From Nitrosopumilus sp. (GTDB lineage Archaea; Thermoproteota; Nitrososphaeria; Nitrososphaerales; Nitrosopumilaceae): a DNA stretch of 64,000 bases. Below the pieces are notes generated by a model. It did no database searches, was not told the origin of the DNA, and saw only the letters and a program-made list of their open reading frames with translations. Positions 9,925 to 19,391 of this stretch are shown here, piece by piece; within the stretch, counting starts at the first letter, position 1, and each line of letters starts with the position of its first letter. The position numbers were made by a program, and so were the translations under genes. The stretch lies in contig JAOTYR010000001.1 of assembly GCA_029861785.1 (NCBI GenBank), positions 2,636-66,635 on the forward strand, given 5' to 3'.

Positions 9925-10091
9925 AAATTCGAAAAGCAATTCTTTGTATAAATTGATTTAGATGAAATGTAAAATTGATATAAACGCATGAAATGATTAT
10001 TACCTTATCTAGTATCTCATACTAAATAAAAAAGATTTCTGATACTGAAATAATTTTCAAAAAATAAATACCACGTTTACCAAATAAAGTC

Positions 10092-10772
10092 GTGACAGGA
10101 GATAATTTTTCTCTTTTTGGGAGAATAGTAAATCAGTCTAAAAATCCTCAAAGTGGTTTAATTGTTTCTGCATTTGACAAGGATGGAGCAAGTGATTCTG
10201 ACTTTTTAGGAAAGAGCGTTACAGATGCATCAGGAAAATTTTCTATAGAGTTTAATACACAAAAGTTTAAAAAATGGTGGGAACTTTTTGAGGAAACTCC
10301 AGATGTATACTTGGTGATTCATGACCAACAAGGTCTTGAATTGTTAAAAACTCGCATAAAGAGTACCAAGCAGGAAATAGAATATCTAATAAAACTTCAA
10401 GAAAATGATCCAGATCCAAACTCAATTGATATCTATCAGGATAACTTCAACCGGTTTGGAGGTCAACTTGGAAGCGTAGGAATGACAATGGATTGGGAAA
10501 ACTCTATTAATCTAGATACTTTAGCTAGTGGACAACTTTCACCAGAAGTCAGAAAAAGACTTGAAGAATTCCGTGATGGTTACCTTGATAGGAGAAACAT
10601 GTTCAATATTCTTACGTCAATAATTAATGGAACTACTCTTTCCCTAGCTGAGGAACGTGACTTTAACATTATTGGTTACGATGGGGCACAAGTTCCAAGA
10701 TTGCCTCGACGCCAACGTTACAATCAAGTAATAATTTGGCCAAGAGAGGAGAGTAGTGAAAATTGGGAATAA
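10092..10772 (+). CDS. Hypothetical protein with N-terminal transthyretin/prealbumin-like domain
   Basis: 226-aa ORF with GTG start. GLIVSAFDKD..SDFLGKSVTDASGKFSIEF..E.PDVYLVI pattern. Overlaps the next gene by 10 nt. Confidence 0.6.
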   Translation: MTGDNFSLFGRIVNQSKNPQSGLIVSAFDKDGASDSDFLGKSVTDASGKFSIEFNTQKFKKWWELFEETPDVYLVIHDQQGLELLKTRIKSTKQEIEYLIKLQENDPDPNSIDIYQDNFNRFGGQLGSVGMTMDWENSINLDTLASGQLSPEVRKRLEEFRDGYLDRRNMFNILTSIINGTTLSLAEERDFNIIGYDGAQVPRLPRRQRYNQVIIWPREESSENWE

Positions 10773-13366
10773 TTTATGGTACAATAAAACTTCCGCCAAG
10801 AAATGAACGATATGAAATTATTGAAAACGATATTGTAAAAACAGCAGATGTCTGCATTATAGGATCAGGAGCGGCAGGTTCAGTTCTCTCAAAAGAATTG
10901 GCAGAAAAAGGTCTCAAAGTTGTCCTATTGGAGAGAGGGGGGTATTATGAAGGAAAAGATATGAATCAACGTGATGTTGACATGATTCCACTTTTATGGA
11001 AAAATTCTGGATTCCAATTTGATGACAGTCTTAAACTTGCAATTGCTCAAGGGACATGTCTTGGGGGTTCAACAATAATTAATGATGCTGTGTGTTTTGA
11101 TCCTCCAGAAAAAGTAATTGATGAATGGAATAGTATGGGAGCAAATTTCCCATATCAGGAAATCCAAAACCACACAAACAAAGTAAATACTACACTTAGT
11201 GTATCAGAAGCAACAGATGAAGAACTAAATCGAAATAACCAAATGCTTAGAAATGGGGCCAAAAAAATTGGTCTCAAGCATCATCACAAGAATCAGAGAA
11301 ACTGCATTAATTGCATGCAGTGCGGATATTGTCATCTAGGTTGTCACTATGAAACTAAACAAGATATGTTGCATACCTATCTCCATAAAGCGCTAAATGA
11401 TCCCAATTCAGATCTTTCAATCTATTGTAATTGTTACATCGATACTTTGGAGAAAAATGAAAACGGAATCATTCAGGGAGTAGAGGGAACTTTTCGAGAT
11501 TCTGGAGGAAATGATTCCTTTCGTATTAGAGTAAATGCAAAAATAGTAATTATTAGTGCAGGGACGATTGCCTCATCAAAAATTTTACTTCAAAATGGAA
11601 TTGCTCAGAAAACATCTGGTACAGGTCTATGTTTTCATCCTTCTCCAACTGTAGTGGCGGAATTTGACAAAGAAATAAAGGGAAATGAGGGAGTTCCGAT
11701 GGCATATACTGTTCATGATTTTGGAGTTACCAGATCCGATAATGAAACATGGGACAGCTATGAATTTTCAGGAAGGGAATTCTTGATAGAGAGCATATTT
11801 TTACCTATTTTGCAATTTTCAACAGCAATCCCAGTTGCGCTAAATGATCATTTGCAAATTATGAGAAGGTTGAATAATCTTACAATGGCAGGAATTGTAG
11901 TTCGTGATAGAAACAATGGTAAAGTTTCACTTACCCCAACTGGAAGAGCAAGTGTTCAATACACATTAGGTGATGAAGAACTAGAGTCAATGATAATGGG
12001 AATAAAATTACTAGCCAAGATGTGGTTTGAGCTTGGAGCAAAGAGAATAATTACCTCAATGACTACAATGAGCATTATCAATTCTGAAGATGAAATTCCA
12101 CAACTTGTTGATGAAATAAGAAAAAATCGACAATATCTATATCTTGGTTCTGCACATCCACAATCAGGAAATAAAATAGGCCTCGATAAAGAAACTTCTG
12201 TTGTAGATTCTAATTGTAAAGTACATGGATTTCAAAATCTTTTTGTTTGTGATGCAAGCGTATTTCCTACTGCTGTTGGTGTTAATCCTCAAATTACAGT
12301 AATGACAATTGCCTCAATTATAGCTGAAAGAATCAGCAATAATTGGAGTCAATTTAATTCAATTCCAATTTCCGAATCTCTAGGGAATACATGTAGTTTA
12401 TCCCAACCCTTCTATTGTCTTCAAAAAAACCTTTCAGAAATGTTTGATTCACTTGATAATAATGGTAAGGCACTTGATCTTATTAATGACGAAGATGAAA
12501 AAGCCAACGATAACAACTGGTCATTTGATCCGCAAAATCTTACAATTCAAAATAACACATATTGGAAGGGATTGTTTCCCCGTAATGGAAATATCCCTAA
12601 CACTCTTACAGCTTTTCTTGGAGGATTTTGGAAAAGATTCACAGAGGATTCATCTGGAGAAAATAGTTCCAAAGTAAAGGGAATTACTCATCCATTTGAG
12701 CTGGGAGTTTTTGCCAAAAACAAAGCGTTTGATAAGGTAATTGATGGGTTTGGAAAAGTCATTATTTTAGACTATTCTGAGCCAGGATATGACCAATTTC
12801 ATGATGTGTTAAAATTTGTCGATAAAAATATGATTTTAGGTAAGGCATTTTTTCGAGATCCTCAAAAAGGACAAGAAATGCTTACATTTTCCATGGCTAG
12901 AAAATATCCACTTGAATTTATGACTGAAGAAGACCACTCAATGCTATATTCCAAGATGAGCAAACCTGATTCCTTTGATAGTATAGTCGGGATTTGGGAA
13001 GGGCAGTTAGTTTCTGACTCTATAATGACACCTCCAGTTTTTGTATTTCGTTATTATTTTGATTCTGAGAACAAACTTCAAAACGATTATTTGTTTAATG
13101 GAATACTTTCAGGGACTGCCAAGGTAAATGAAGAAGATGATCATTATGAAATGCAAGACGTTACCCAGATATTTCATGATGAGCTTCGTCAGGTAAACAA
13201 GGATTTATTGATCGGAAAATATTGTACTGAACCCAGTGAGATAACTCGTTGGATTCCAAATGGATTAAGTTTTCTAAATGTAGATCGGGAAAGTAATAAG
13301 GTATGTTTACCATATATTTTAAAAAGAATTGGCGAAGAGGAAGCTTATAGAGGATATAGACCCTAA
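10763..13366 (+). CDS. GMC-family FAD oxidoreductase with C-terminal duplicated GXWXG/DUF4334-like domain
   Basis: DVCIIGSGAAG (FAD), LGGSTIIN, CINCMQCGYCHLGC, SAHPQ, NLFVCDASVFP and GVNPQITVM, followed by about 320 extra aa. SD-like GAGGAG at 10746-10751. Confidence 0.85.
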   Translation: MGIIYGTIKLPPRNERYEIIENDIVKTADVCIIGSGAAGSVLSKELAEKGLKVVLLERGGYYEGKDMNQRDVDMIPLLWKNSGFQFDDSLKLAIAQGTCLGGSTIINDAVCFDPPEKVIDEWNSMGANFPYQEIQNHTNKVNTTLSVSEATDEELNRNNQMLRNGAKKIGLKHHHKNQRNCINCMQCGYCHLGCHYETKQDMLHTYLHKALNDPNSDLSIYCNCYIDTLEKNENGIIQGVEGTFRDSGGNDSFRIRVNAKIVIISAGTIASSKILLQNGIAQKTSGTGLCFHPSPTVVAEFDKEIKGNEGVPMAYTVHDFGVTRSDNETWDSYEFSGREFLIESIFLPILQFSTAIPVALNDHLQIMRRLNNLTMAGIVVRDRNNGKVSLTPTGRASVQYTLGDEELESMIMGIKLLAKMWFELGAKRIITSMTTMSIINSEDEIPQLVDEIRKNRQYLYLGSAHPQSGNKIGLDKETSVVDSNCKVHGFQNLFVCDASVFPTAVGVNPQITVMTIASIIAERISNNWSQFNSIPISESLGNTCSLSQPFYCLQKNLSEMFDSLDNNGKALDLINDEDEKANDNNWSFDPQNLTIQNNTYWKGLFPRNGNIPNTLTAFLGGFWKRFTEDSSGENSSKVKGITHPFELGVFAKNKAFDKVIDGFGKVIILDYSEPGYDQFHDVLKFVDKNMILGKAFFRDPQKGQEMLTFSMARKYPLEFMTEEDHSMLYSKMSKPDSFDSIVGIWEGQLVSDSIMTPPVFVFRYYFDSENKLQNDYLFNGILSGTAKVNEEDDHYEMQDVTQIFHDELRQVNKDLLIGKYCTEPSEITRWIPNGLSFLNVDRESNKVCLPYILKRIGEEEAYRGYRP

Positions 13367-13382
13367 ACATTTTTGATAATTT

Positions 13383-13760
13383 ATGAGATATTCAGATGAA
13401 ATTGTTTATGAGCTAAAGCTGAAAAGTGGCAGCCAAAAAATTATCAGTGCATTAATTTAGAAAAAAATAACAATATTCTTACAAGTTTAAAGGGAATTTG
13501 TAGTAACAGACGAGGAGGATATTACGATGCAAACCAAGATCTTATTGTTCCTTTCAATTTAGAATATTATAAAAAAAATGGTCACGCCAAACCTTGCAGT
13601 ACGGAGGTGGATAACTGATTGGTTTAATCAAAATGCATTAGAACCCTTTGTTGATGATTTTAAACGAATATTTCCAGTTCCTATTATCAGAGAGAAAAGT
13701 GGCCTGTTGGAACAGATTACAGATACATTTCAGTTTAGATGGCCCAGACTTTCTAAATAG
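13383..13760 (+). pseudogene. Possible decayed gene remnant
   Basis: Three short overlapping + frames, the last switch at an A8 run near 13571-13578, ending in the 60-aa ORF 13578-13760. No recognisable family. Confidence 0.25.
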
Positions 13761-13961
13761 ACTGGGTTTAGTTTTATTCGAGTTGAAAAAATAAACAAAC
13801 ACAAATTGGTTTATTCTTTATTTTAATAAGAACAGGCTAATCAACGTCTCAAATTGTTTATCTAGCGAAACACAGTAACTTCATACAATTTTATAAATTT
13901 ACATATTAATCAAAATTAGATAAATAATAAATCTAATTTTAAATTAATTATTAATTTTTTG

Positions 13962-16097
13962 TTATCGAACATAATTATCATTTACTTCATAAACAAATAC
14001 GCCAATTAGAACTCGATCTTCGTTCACAAATGATGGCGAACCATAAACAAATCTGAATGGTCCTTCACCATCTGTAGGATATTTTATGTCCTTACCATAT
14101 AAAGGAGTGAGTCCAGGCCTGTAGGTTTCAGCCTGTACCTCAGTATTTCTTATATCCACATAAGATAAGGTAGAGAATGGAAATAGTGTTCCCAATAAGG
14201 TGTCATTCCAAAAATAATCTGTTCCGCTTCTCCCATCAGAGTGTACATATTTTTGAACAGGTTCTCCTGCAATCCGCATAAACCATTGCTTTTTTGATTC
14301 GTCTCCTCCTCCATTAAGAACATACACAGGTTTATCTACTCCAGAATCAACCCTTTGACCAGCAACAAAAACCAATACATAGTCAGCTCCCATCTCTTGA
14401 AGAGTATTCCATGCTTCATCAGGAGGACTAAGCAGAGTCTGCGCAATTACTTTGATTCGCGTATGATTGCCAGTGAAATTATCTGCTAGAGTAGCTCTAT
14501 CGGACATTGTAGTTATCCAATACCCATAATCCCACCATGCAGCGACTACTGAGTCTTCAGGAGTGTTTGTGTTTAGCCACTCAAATGATCCCTTCCAATC
14601 ATTTGTGACAACTCCAAAATTTGAACCACCATTCAGGATTGTAAGAGGAGCCTTTGCACTATTTATCCAATTTGAATTTGTAGGAAATACCAGAGGTATT
14701 AAAAGAAAAATAATTATTACTCCCAAAAATGAGATTTTTAAAATATTTTTTGTACGTAGATTTTCATAAAAATTTTTGTTATTAAAAATCTCTTTAGTTA
14801 AAATTGATAATCCAATGGATGATAATATAATTAGTGCAATAGAAGCAAAAACTTCTAACCTAATAAACGCCGAGCTAACATAAACTCCTGTTAAACCTAT
14901 TATTAAAGAAAATACCATCATGTCATTTCTGATATAAGAACTGCTATCAGATTTTTTACTCAGGATAATCCAAATTCCTAGTCCTGCAAAAATCATTAAA
15001 ATAGAATGAAAGAAAAAGGATTGTGTAAGTGTTGTTGTTGCGTGTTCTGCTACTGAATCAACTAATGCATTGTCAGTAGTAAGAAATGGATTTATTGCGT
15101 TTAAATAACGAAAACTGGGTAAAGGCAAAATTCTAGCTTCTTCATTAATTATCAATGAAAAGGAACCAATAATTATTAGCATAAACAAAAAGATCAACCC
15201 ATTTCTTGTTTTATTCTTGATTTTACTGATTTTTTGAATAAATATGCAAGATATTAAAAATCCAGTAGGGATAATTAAAGAAAAACCGCCAATGCCAAAT
15301 ACAAAACCTGTTCCAGGTCTTTCAAATATTAGTACAGTTAACAAAAATGAGGATACAAAAATAGGAATGCTCCAAATGATAAATTCGTGATCTTTTCTGA
15401 CAAAGGGAAGTACTAAAATAAACATTCCAATTGGAATTACAAAAAATTGTATTCCCCCCCAAGAAGCTAGTCCAAAAGCCAAAATTATACCTCCTACAAT
15501 TAATTTAATAATTGCAATTTTTTTATTTTCTGATTTTATTCCACTAAGAAAAAAGTACATTCCCAATAATCCATAAAATAGACCTAATGGTTCTGATTTG
15601 AACCACCCCATTGTTCCTCTCAACAAAATTGGCACAGATACTGAATATAATATAGCTGCAAAAAGTCCCGCAGTTGTTCCCCCTATTACTCGAACTAGAG
15701 CAAAAATTACTATGACAGTTAATGAACCAAAAACTACAGGAAATAAAATAGTAAAGTCATAAAGACTAGAGTCTCCCCCAAAAATTTGATATGTAATGGC
15801 TGCTGTAAAGTGAAGCATTATTTGGGATGTTGCAGATACATTTCTTCCTTCTGGATACCAGCTCAAATCATCATGCCAATCAAAGTATTCTGAATAGCCA
15901 TTTTCTACAATGAATTCTGTTGCTCTAAAATTAAAGAAAGGATCAAATTCGTTTAGCTCAAAACCATAATCTGCACCTTGAGATCTAATCATAAAAGATA
16001 TTGAAAACGATAAAACTAGTACCCCAATCACCAATAGATGATTTAACCTGAAATCAAATATGCCAATCTTTAATATTTGGGCTTGGGAATTCATCAA
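13962..16097 (-). CDS. aglB: Oligosaccharyltransferase AglB (STT3 family)
   Basis: NEFDPFFN, SVAEH and WWDYG motifs, with many TM helices. Confidence 0.93.
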   Translation of the reverse strand: MMNSQAQILKIGIFDFRLNHLLVIGVLVLSFSISFMIRSQGADYGFELNEFDPFFNFRATEFIVENGYSEYFDWHDDLSWYPEGRNVSATSQIMLHFTAAITYQIFGGDSSLYDFTILFPVVFGSLTVIVIFALVRVIGGTTAGLFAAILYSVSVPILLRGTMGWFKSEPLGLFYGLLGMYFFLSGIKSENKKIAIIKLIVGGIILAFGLASWGGIQFFVIPIGMFILVLPFVRKDHEFIIWSIPIFVSSFLLTVLIFERPGTGFVFGIGGFSLIIPTGFLISCIFIQKISKIKNKTRNGLIFLFMLIIIGSFSLIINEEARILPLPSFRYLNAINPFLTTDNALVDSVAEHATTTLTQSFFFHSILMIFAGLGIWIILSKKSDSSSYIRNDMMVFSLIIGLTGVYVSSAFIRLEVFASIALIILSSIGLSILTKEIFNNKNFYENLRTKNILKISFLGVIIIFLLIPLVFPTNSNWINSAKAPLTILNGGSNFGVVTNDWKGSFEWLNTNTPEDSVVAAWWDYGYWITTMSDRATLADNFTGNHTRIKVIAQTLLSPPDEAWNTLQEMGADYVLVFVAGQRVDSGVDKPVYVLNGGGDESKKQWFMRIAGEPVQKYVHSDGRSGTDYFWNDTLLGTLFPFSTLSYVDIRNTEVQAETYRPGLTPLYGKDIKYPTDGEGPFRFVYGSPSFVNEDRVLIGVFVYEVNDNYVR

Positions 16098-16162
16098 ATT
16101 TGCACCAATTTGTAAGGTTATTACTCTTTTGAATAAAGAATTTTTGATTTAAAAGGTTAGTC

Positions 16163-17827
16163 TTACATTGTAGCTTGTGCTGCATCATGGAACATCTGAC
16201 TCTTTGCACAACCCGCAGCAAGTTCATCACCTGCACCACGTCTCATAAGGCCTCTGTAAAGACCGTCTTCAAGTTTCACACCTTCTCTTTCTTCCCACTC
16301 CTCTACAGTGATAGAGTATTTCTTTTGAATTCTATCTCTGTACCATTCTGGAATTACATTGAATGCGCAAAATGGAATAATTCTGAGATCTGGTGTCACA
16401 TAATGAATATCACATCTTTGTAATCTTTCAAGATCCTCATTGTATTTGTCTTGAAAGTGCATCATGCCCAGAAATAGTCCTTTAACATGCCAAGAGCCAA
16501 TTGAATCAAATGATCTTTTCATCAAGATGTTTCCAAACATCTTTGCTAGGTCTAATCCTGCAGGTTGTTTCTTTGTATCAACAAAGCCTTTTAGTTTTCG
16601 GACAACTTCAAGCATTGTGAAGTATTTGTTTTTACCAGAACGGATTTCTTCGGATTTGTCTTCAAATAATTCTAGCATTCCTTGAATATCACAGAATTTT
16701 GTTAATGGTACAAATTTCTTTGTCTCTTCATCTTCAAAGATGTATGTTCCTGCACCGCAAGCAAAGTGTATTGATAGCTCATACTTTGGTTTGCTTGAAA
16801 ATGCTTCTATTACATTGGTTAGTGGCATACAACTTGGTACTGGGAACCAATCATCCACAGTTACCTCACCATTTGTTTGCTCTTCTATTCTTTGAATACA
16901 ATCAGGGACTGTAATTCGATATTTTTCCCGCTCACCTTTGCCCATTCTTCCAGTTAGTGATACTGGTTGAAAGTTAACAGCATGAACTACATCCATATTT
17001 TTTTGAGCATATCTAATGATACCACCTAATTCATGATCATTAATTGATTTGATTACAGTTGGAACAAATACAACAGTTGTTCCAGTTTTTCTGCAACTAT
17101 CAAGGGCATAAGGAATTTCCCAGTGGTTTTTTGGGTTTGTTCTGGCAGTTACACCGTCAAAGCTAAGATACAAATTGTTACATCCCGCAAGCCTTACTTC
17201 TCTTGCAGCCTCTGGATCCATGGCATGTCTAATACCATTTGTGTTCATTTGGATATGATCAACGCCTTCTTCTTTCATTATTTTAATAAGATCAGTAATG
17301 TCTTCTCTTAGCATTGGTTCGCCACCAGTAATTTGCATAGAGTTTCCAGGAATTGGTCTTTCAGCCTTTAGGGTCTTCATCATTCCTCTAACTTGTTCAT
17401 GATCTGGTTCATACATGTAAGCACCCTCAAGTCCTTTCTTTACATAAAAGAAACAATACCAGCAAGTCAAATCACATCTGTTAGTAACTATCATGTTTGC
17501 TAATCCACTGTGAGATAAGTGGTTTGAGCACAATCCACAGTTATTTGGACATGAACACTTGTCAATCATTACATTTGGGGCATGAGCTCCTTTTCCATCT
17601 ACCCAATAGGTACTGAATTTTTTGTACATTTGATAAGAACCAAAGTATAATTCCTCACATTCTCCGTGAGTGGGACAAATTTTTGACATGTAGACTTTAT
17701 CATCTCTTTCAAAAACTTCAGCATCTAAAATCATATTACAATCAGGGCAAATACTTTGAGTAAATCTTATGGTAGATTTTTTACCTAGGTTTTTTGTTGA
17801 TTGATTGGAAATCTGAATTAGAGCCAT
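16163..17827 (-). CDS. tes: Radical SAM tetraether lipid synthase Tes (GDGT macrocycle synthase, MJ0619 family)
   Basis: N-terminal CPDC...CPTHG, CPNNCGLC..H, radical SAM CDLTCWYC, HFACG, and C-terminal RCDIHY...IIPFCAFN. Confidence 0.85.
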   Translation of the reverse strand: MALIQISNQSTKNLGKKSTIRFTQSICPDCNMILDAEVFERDDKVYMSKICPTHGECEELYFGSYQMYKKFSTYWVDGKGAHAPNVMIDKCSCPNNCGLCSNHLSHSGLANMIVTNRCDLTCWYCFFYVKKGLEGAYMYEPDHEQVRGMMKTLKAERPIPGNSMQITGGEPMLREDITDLIKIMKEEGVDHIQMNTNGIRHAMDPEAAREVRLAGCNNLYLSFDGVTARTNPKNHWEIPYALDSCRKTGTTVVFVPTVIKSINDHELGGIIRYAQKNMDVVHAVNFQPVSLTGRMGKGEREKYRITVPDCIQRIEEQTNGEVTVDDWFPVPSCMPLTNVIEAFSSKPKYELSIHFACGAGTYIFEDEETKKFVPLTKFCDIQGMLELFEDKSEEIRSGKNKYFTMLEVVRKLKGFVDTKKQPAGLDLAKMFGNILMKRSFDSIGSWHVKGLFLGMMHFQDKYNEDLERLQRCDIHYVTPDLRIIPFCAFNVIPEWYRDRIQKKYSITVEEWEEREGVKLEDGLYRGLMRRGAGDELAAGCAKSQMFHDAAQATM

Positions 17828-17865
17828 CTATATTTGAAAACCTTCTGAAATAGTATATAATCCAT

Positions 17866-17938
17866 TTCACACTACCCCCCGTGTGGAATTTAGGTTCTAG
17901 GCATATCTAATTTAAATATCAAATCCAATCGATTAGAT
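17866..17938. promoter_or_regulatory. Divergent tes/trmB promoter region with two palindromes
   Basis: TTCACAC-N8-GTGTGGAA (17866-17888) lies upstream of the tes TATA. TTTAAATA (17911-17918) is followed by ATCCAATCGATTAGAT (17923-17938) just before the trmB ATG. Confidence 0.4.
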
Positions 17939-17941
17939 CGC

Positions 17942-18709
17942 ATGAACATATCTGATAAAACTAGAAGGGCCCTAGAAAAAATTGGATTAACTAGCTACGA
18001 AACAAGGACATTTACTTCATTACTAAAAGATGGGGAGCTTACAGCATCCGATCTTAGTCAAAAATCGGGAGTTCCTTATTCTAAAATTTATGAGGTGTTA
18101 GGAACACTTGAGGAAAAAGGTTGGATAGGTTCGGATGATTCCAGGCCAACAAAATACTTCGCCAAGTCGCCATCAACGGGGCTGGAAACTACAAAACAAA
18201 AGATAGAAAGAGATTTTTCAGAAAATCAAAATATTATTCTAAATGAATTAGTTCCCTTATATGAAAAAAGTGGAACCAGTGAGAAACCAGATATCTGGGT
18301 ACTTTCTGGTGCAGTAAATATTACTACAAAAATTTTAGAAATGGTCGAATCTTGTAGAAATGAAGTAATGATTGCAATACCAGAAGCTGGGCAAGAGCTG
18401 GTTAAGTTATCCTTGCCAAAGCTAAGATTACTTCATGATAAAGGAGTTAAAATTACTCTTCTTACTTCGGATAAAATGGATAAAGTTGCAATAACTGCTA
18501 TCAAAAGGGTGGCAAATGTAAAAATTAAAAAAGGATTGTTTGGAGGAGGTATAATTTCTGATAAAAGATATGTTGTAATTTTATTAGGTCCAGAAAGAGG
18601 AGAGGGAAAATCCAATGAAATAGTTGCAATTTGGGCAGATCATGCCGGATTAGCAGTTTTTGCAAGAGAATATTTTGAATATTTATTAAAAGATTCAAAG
18701 AAGGTCTGA
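17942..18709 (+). CDS. TrmB-family transcriptional regulator
   Basis: LEKIGLTSYE...SGVPYSKIYEVL..LEEKGWI...RPTKY HTH, plus a C-terminal effector/PLD-like domain. Confidence 0.9.
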   Translation: MNISDKTRRALEKIGLTSYETRTFTSLLKDGELTASDLSQKSGVPYSKIYEVLGTLEEKGWIGSDDSRPTKYFAKSPSTGLETTKQKIERDFSENQNIILNELVPLYEKSGTSEKPDIWVLSGAVNITTKILEMVESCRNEVMIAIPEAGQELVKLSLPKLRLLHDKGVKITLLTSDKMDKVAITAIKRVANVKIKKGLFGGGIISDKRYVVILLGPERGEGKSNEIVAIWADHAGLAVFAREYFEYLLKDSKKV

Positions 18710-18710
18710 T

Positions 18711-19169
18711 ATGGACATATTAGATGACGAAACTCTGTTTGTTGGAACTGCGGAAGCTGAACATGTTGAGATGTATCTAAAAGCCATTTGGCACATTAAA
18801 GAACGTGGTGGGGAAGTAAAAATTAGCACTATTGCAAAAATGCTTAATGTTAGACAACCAAGTGTTGTCCAGATGTTAAAAAAATTAAATGAGAGAAATT
18901 TAGTAAATTACAACAAAGCAGGAGTCGTTCTAACCGAAGAAGGTGAAAAAGTCGGTTCCAGTATGATGAGAAATAGTAGATTATTAGAAGTCCTAATGGA
19001 TAGTGCACTCAAAGTGGAAATAGATGAAGAAATGGTATGTGGTATTGAACATCATATGAATAAACAATTTACAGATGCACTTTGTACGATGTTAAAACAT
19101 CCTAGAAAATGCCCTCATGATCATGATATCCCAGTTGGAGAATGTTGTAAAGTAGAAATTCAAAATTAA
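18711..19169 (+). CDS. DtxR/MntR-family metal-dependent regulator
   Basis: EMYLKAI, IAKMLNVRQPSV..MLKKL, RLLE, CGIEH and PRKCPH..IP. Confidence 0.9.
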   Translation: MDILDDETLFVGTAEAEHVEMYLKAIWHIKERGGEVKISTIAKMLNVRQPSVVQMLKKLNERNLVNYNKAGVVLTEEGEKVGSSMMRNSRLLEVLMDSALKVEIDEEMVCGIEHHMNKQFTDALCTMLKHPRKCPHDHDIPVGECCKVEIQN

Positions 19170-19221
19170 AGAAGAGCTGTTTATCCCAAAAGATATATCG
19201 TCAGATAAATTATTTATCCTT

Positions 19222-19386
19222 ATGGCATGTTTTTGTGGTTGTGAAACTTATCAAAAAGATGATGATGGTTACAAAGTTGCTTGTGTAAAATGTGGTCATG
19301 GTCTTCAAAATCATGATGATGAATTTAGAGAAGCCGCAAGAAAAAATGAATCACAAAGTCAAAAAAGAGATGCTGACTTTGGATAG
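19222..19386 (+). CDS. 54-aa Cys/His-rich microprotein (not in ORF track)
   Basis: Translated by hand: MACFCGCETYQKDDDGYKVACVKCGHGLQNHDDEFREAARKNESQSQKRDADFG*. Confidence 0.65.
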   Translation: MACFCGCETYQKDDDGYKVACVKCGHGLQNHDDEFREAARKNESQSQKRDADFG

Positions 19387-19391
19387 TTTGT

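Noticed and set aside
9309..10075. 11-bp direct repeat TAAATACCACG at 9309-9319 and 10065-10075 flanking ribE
   Set aside because: It is short and AT-rich, with no associated mobility gene, so it cannot be distinguished from chance.
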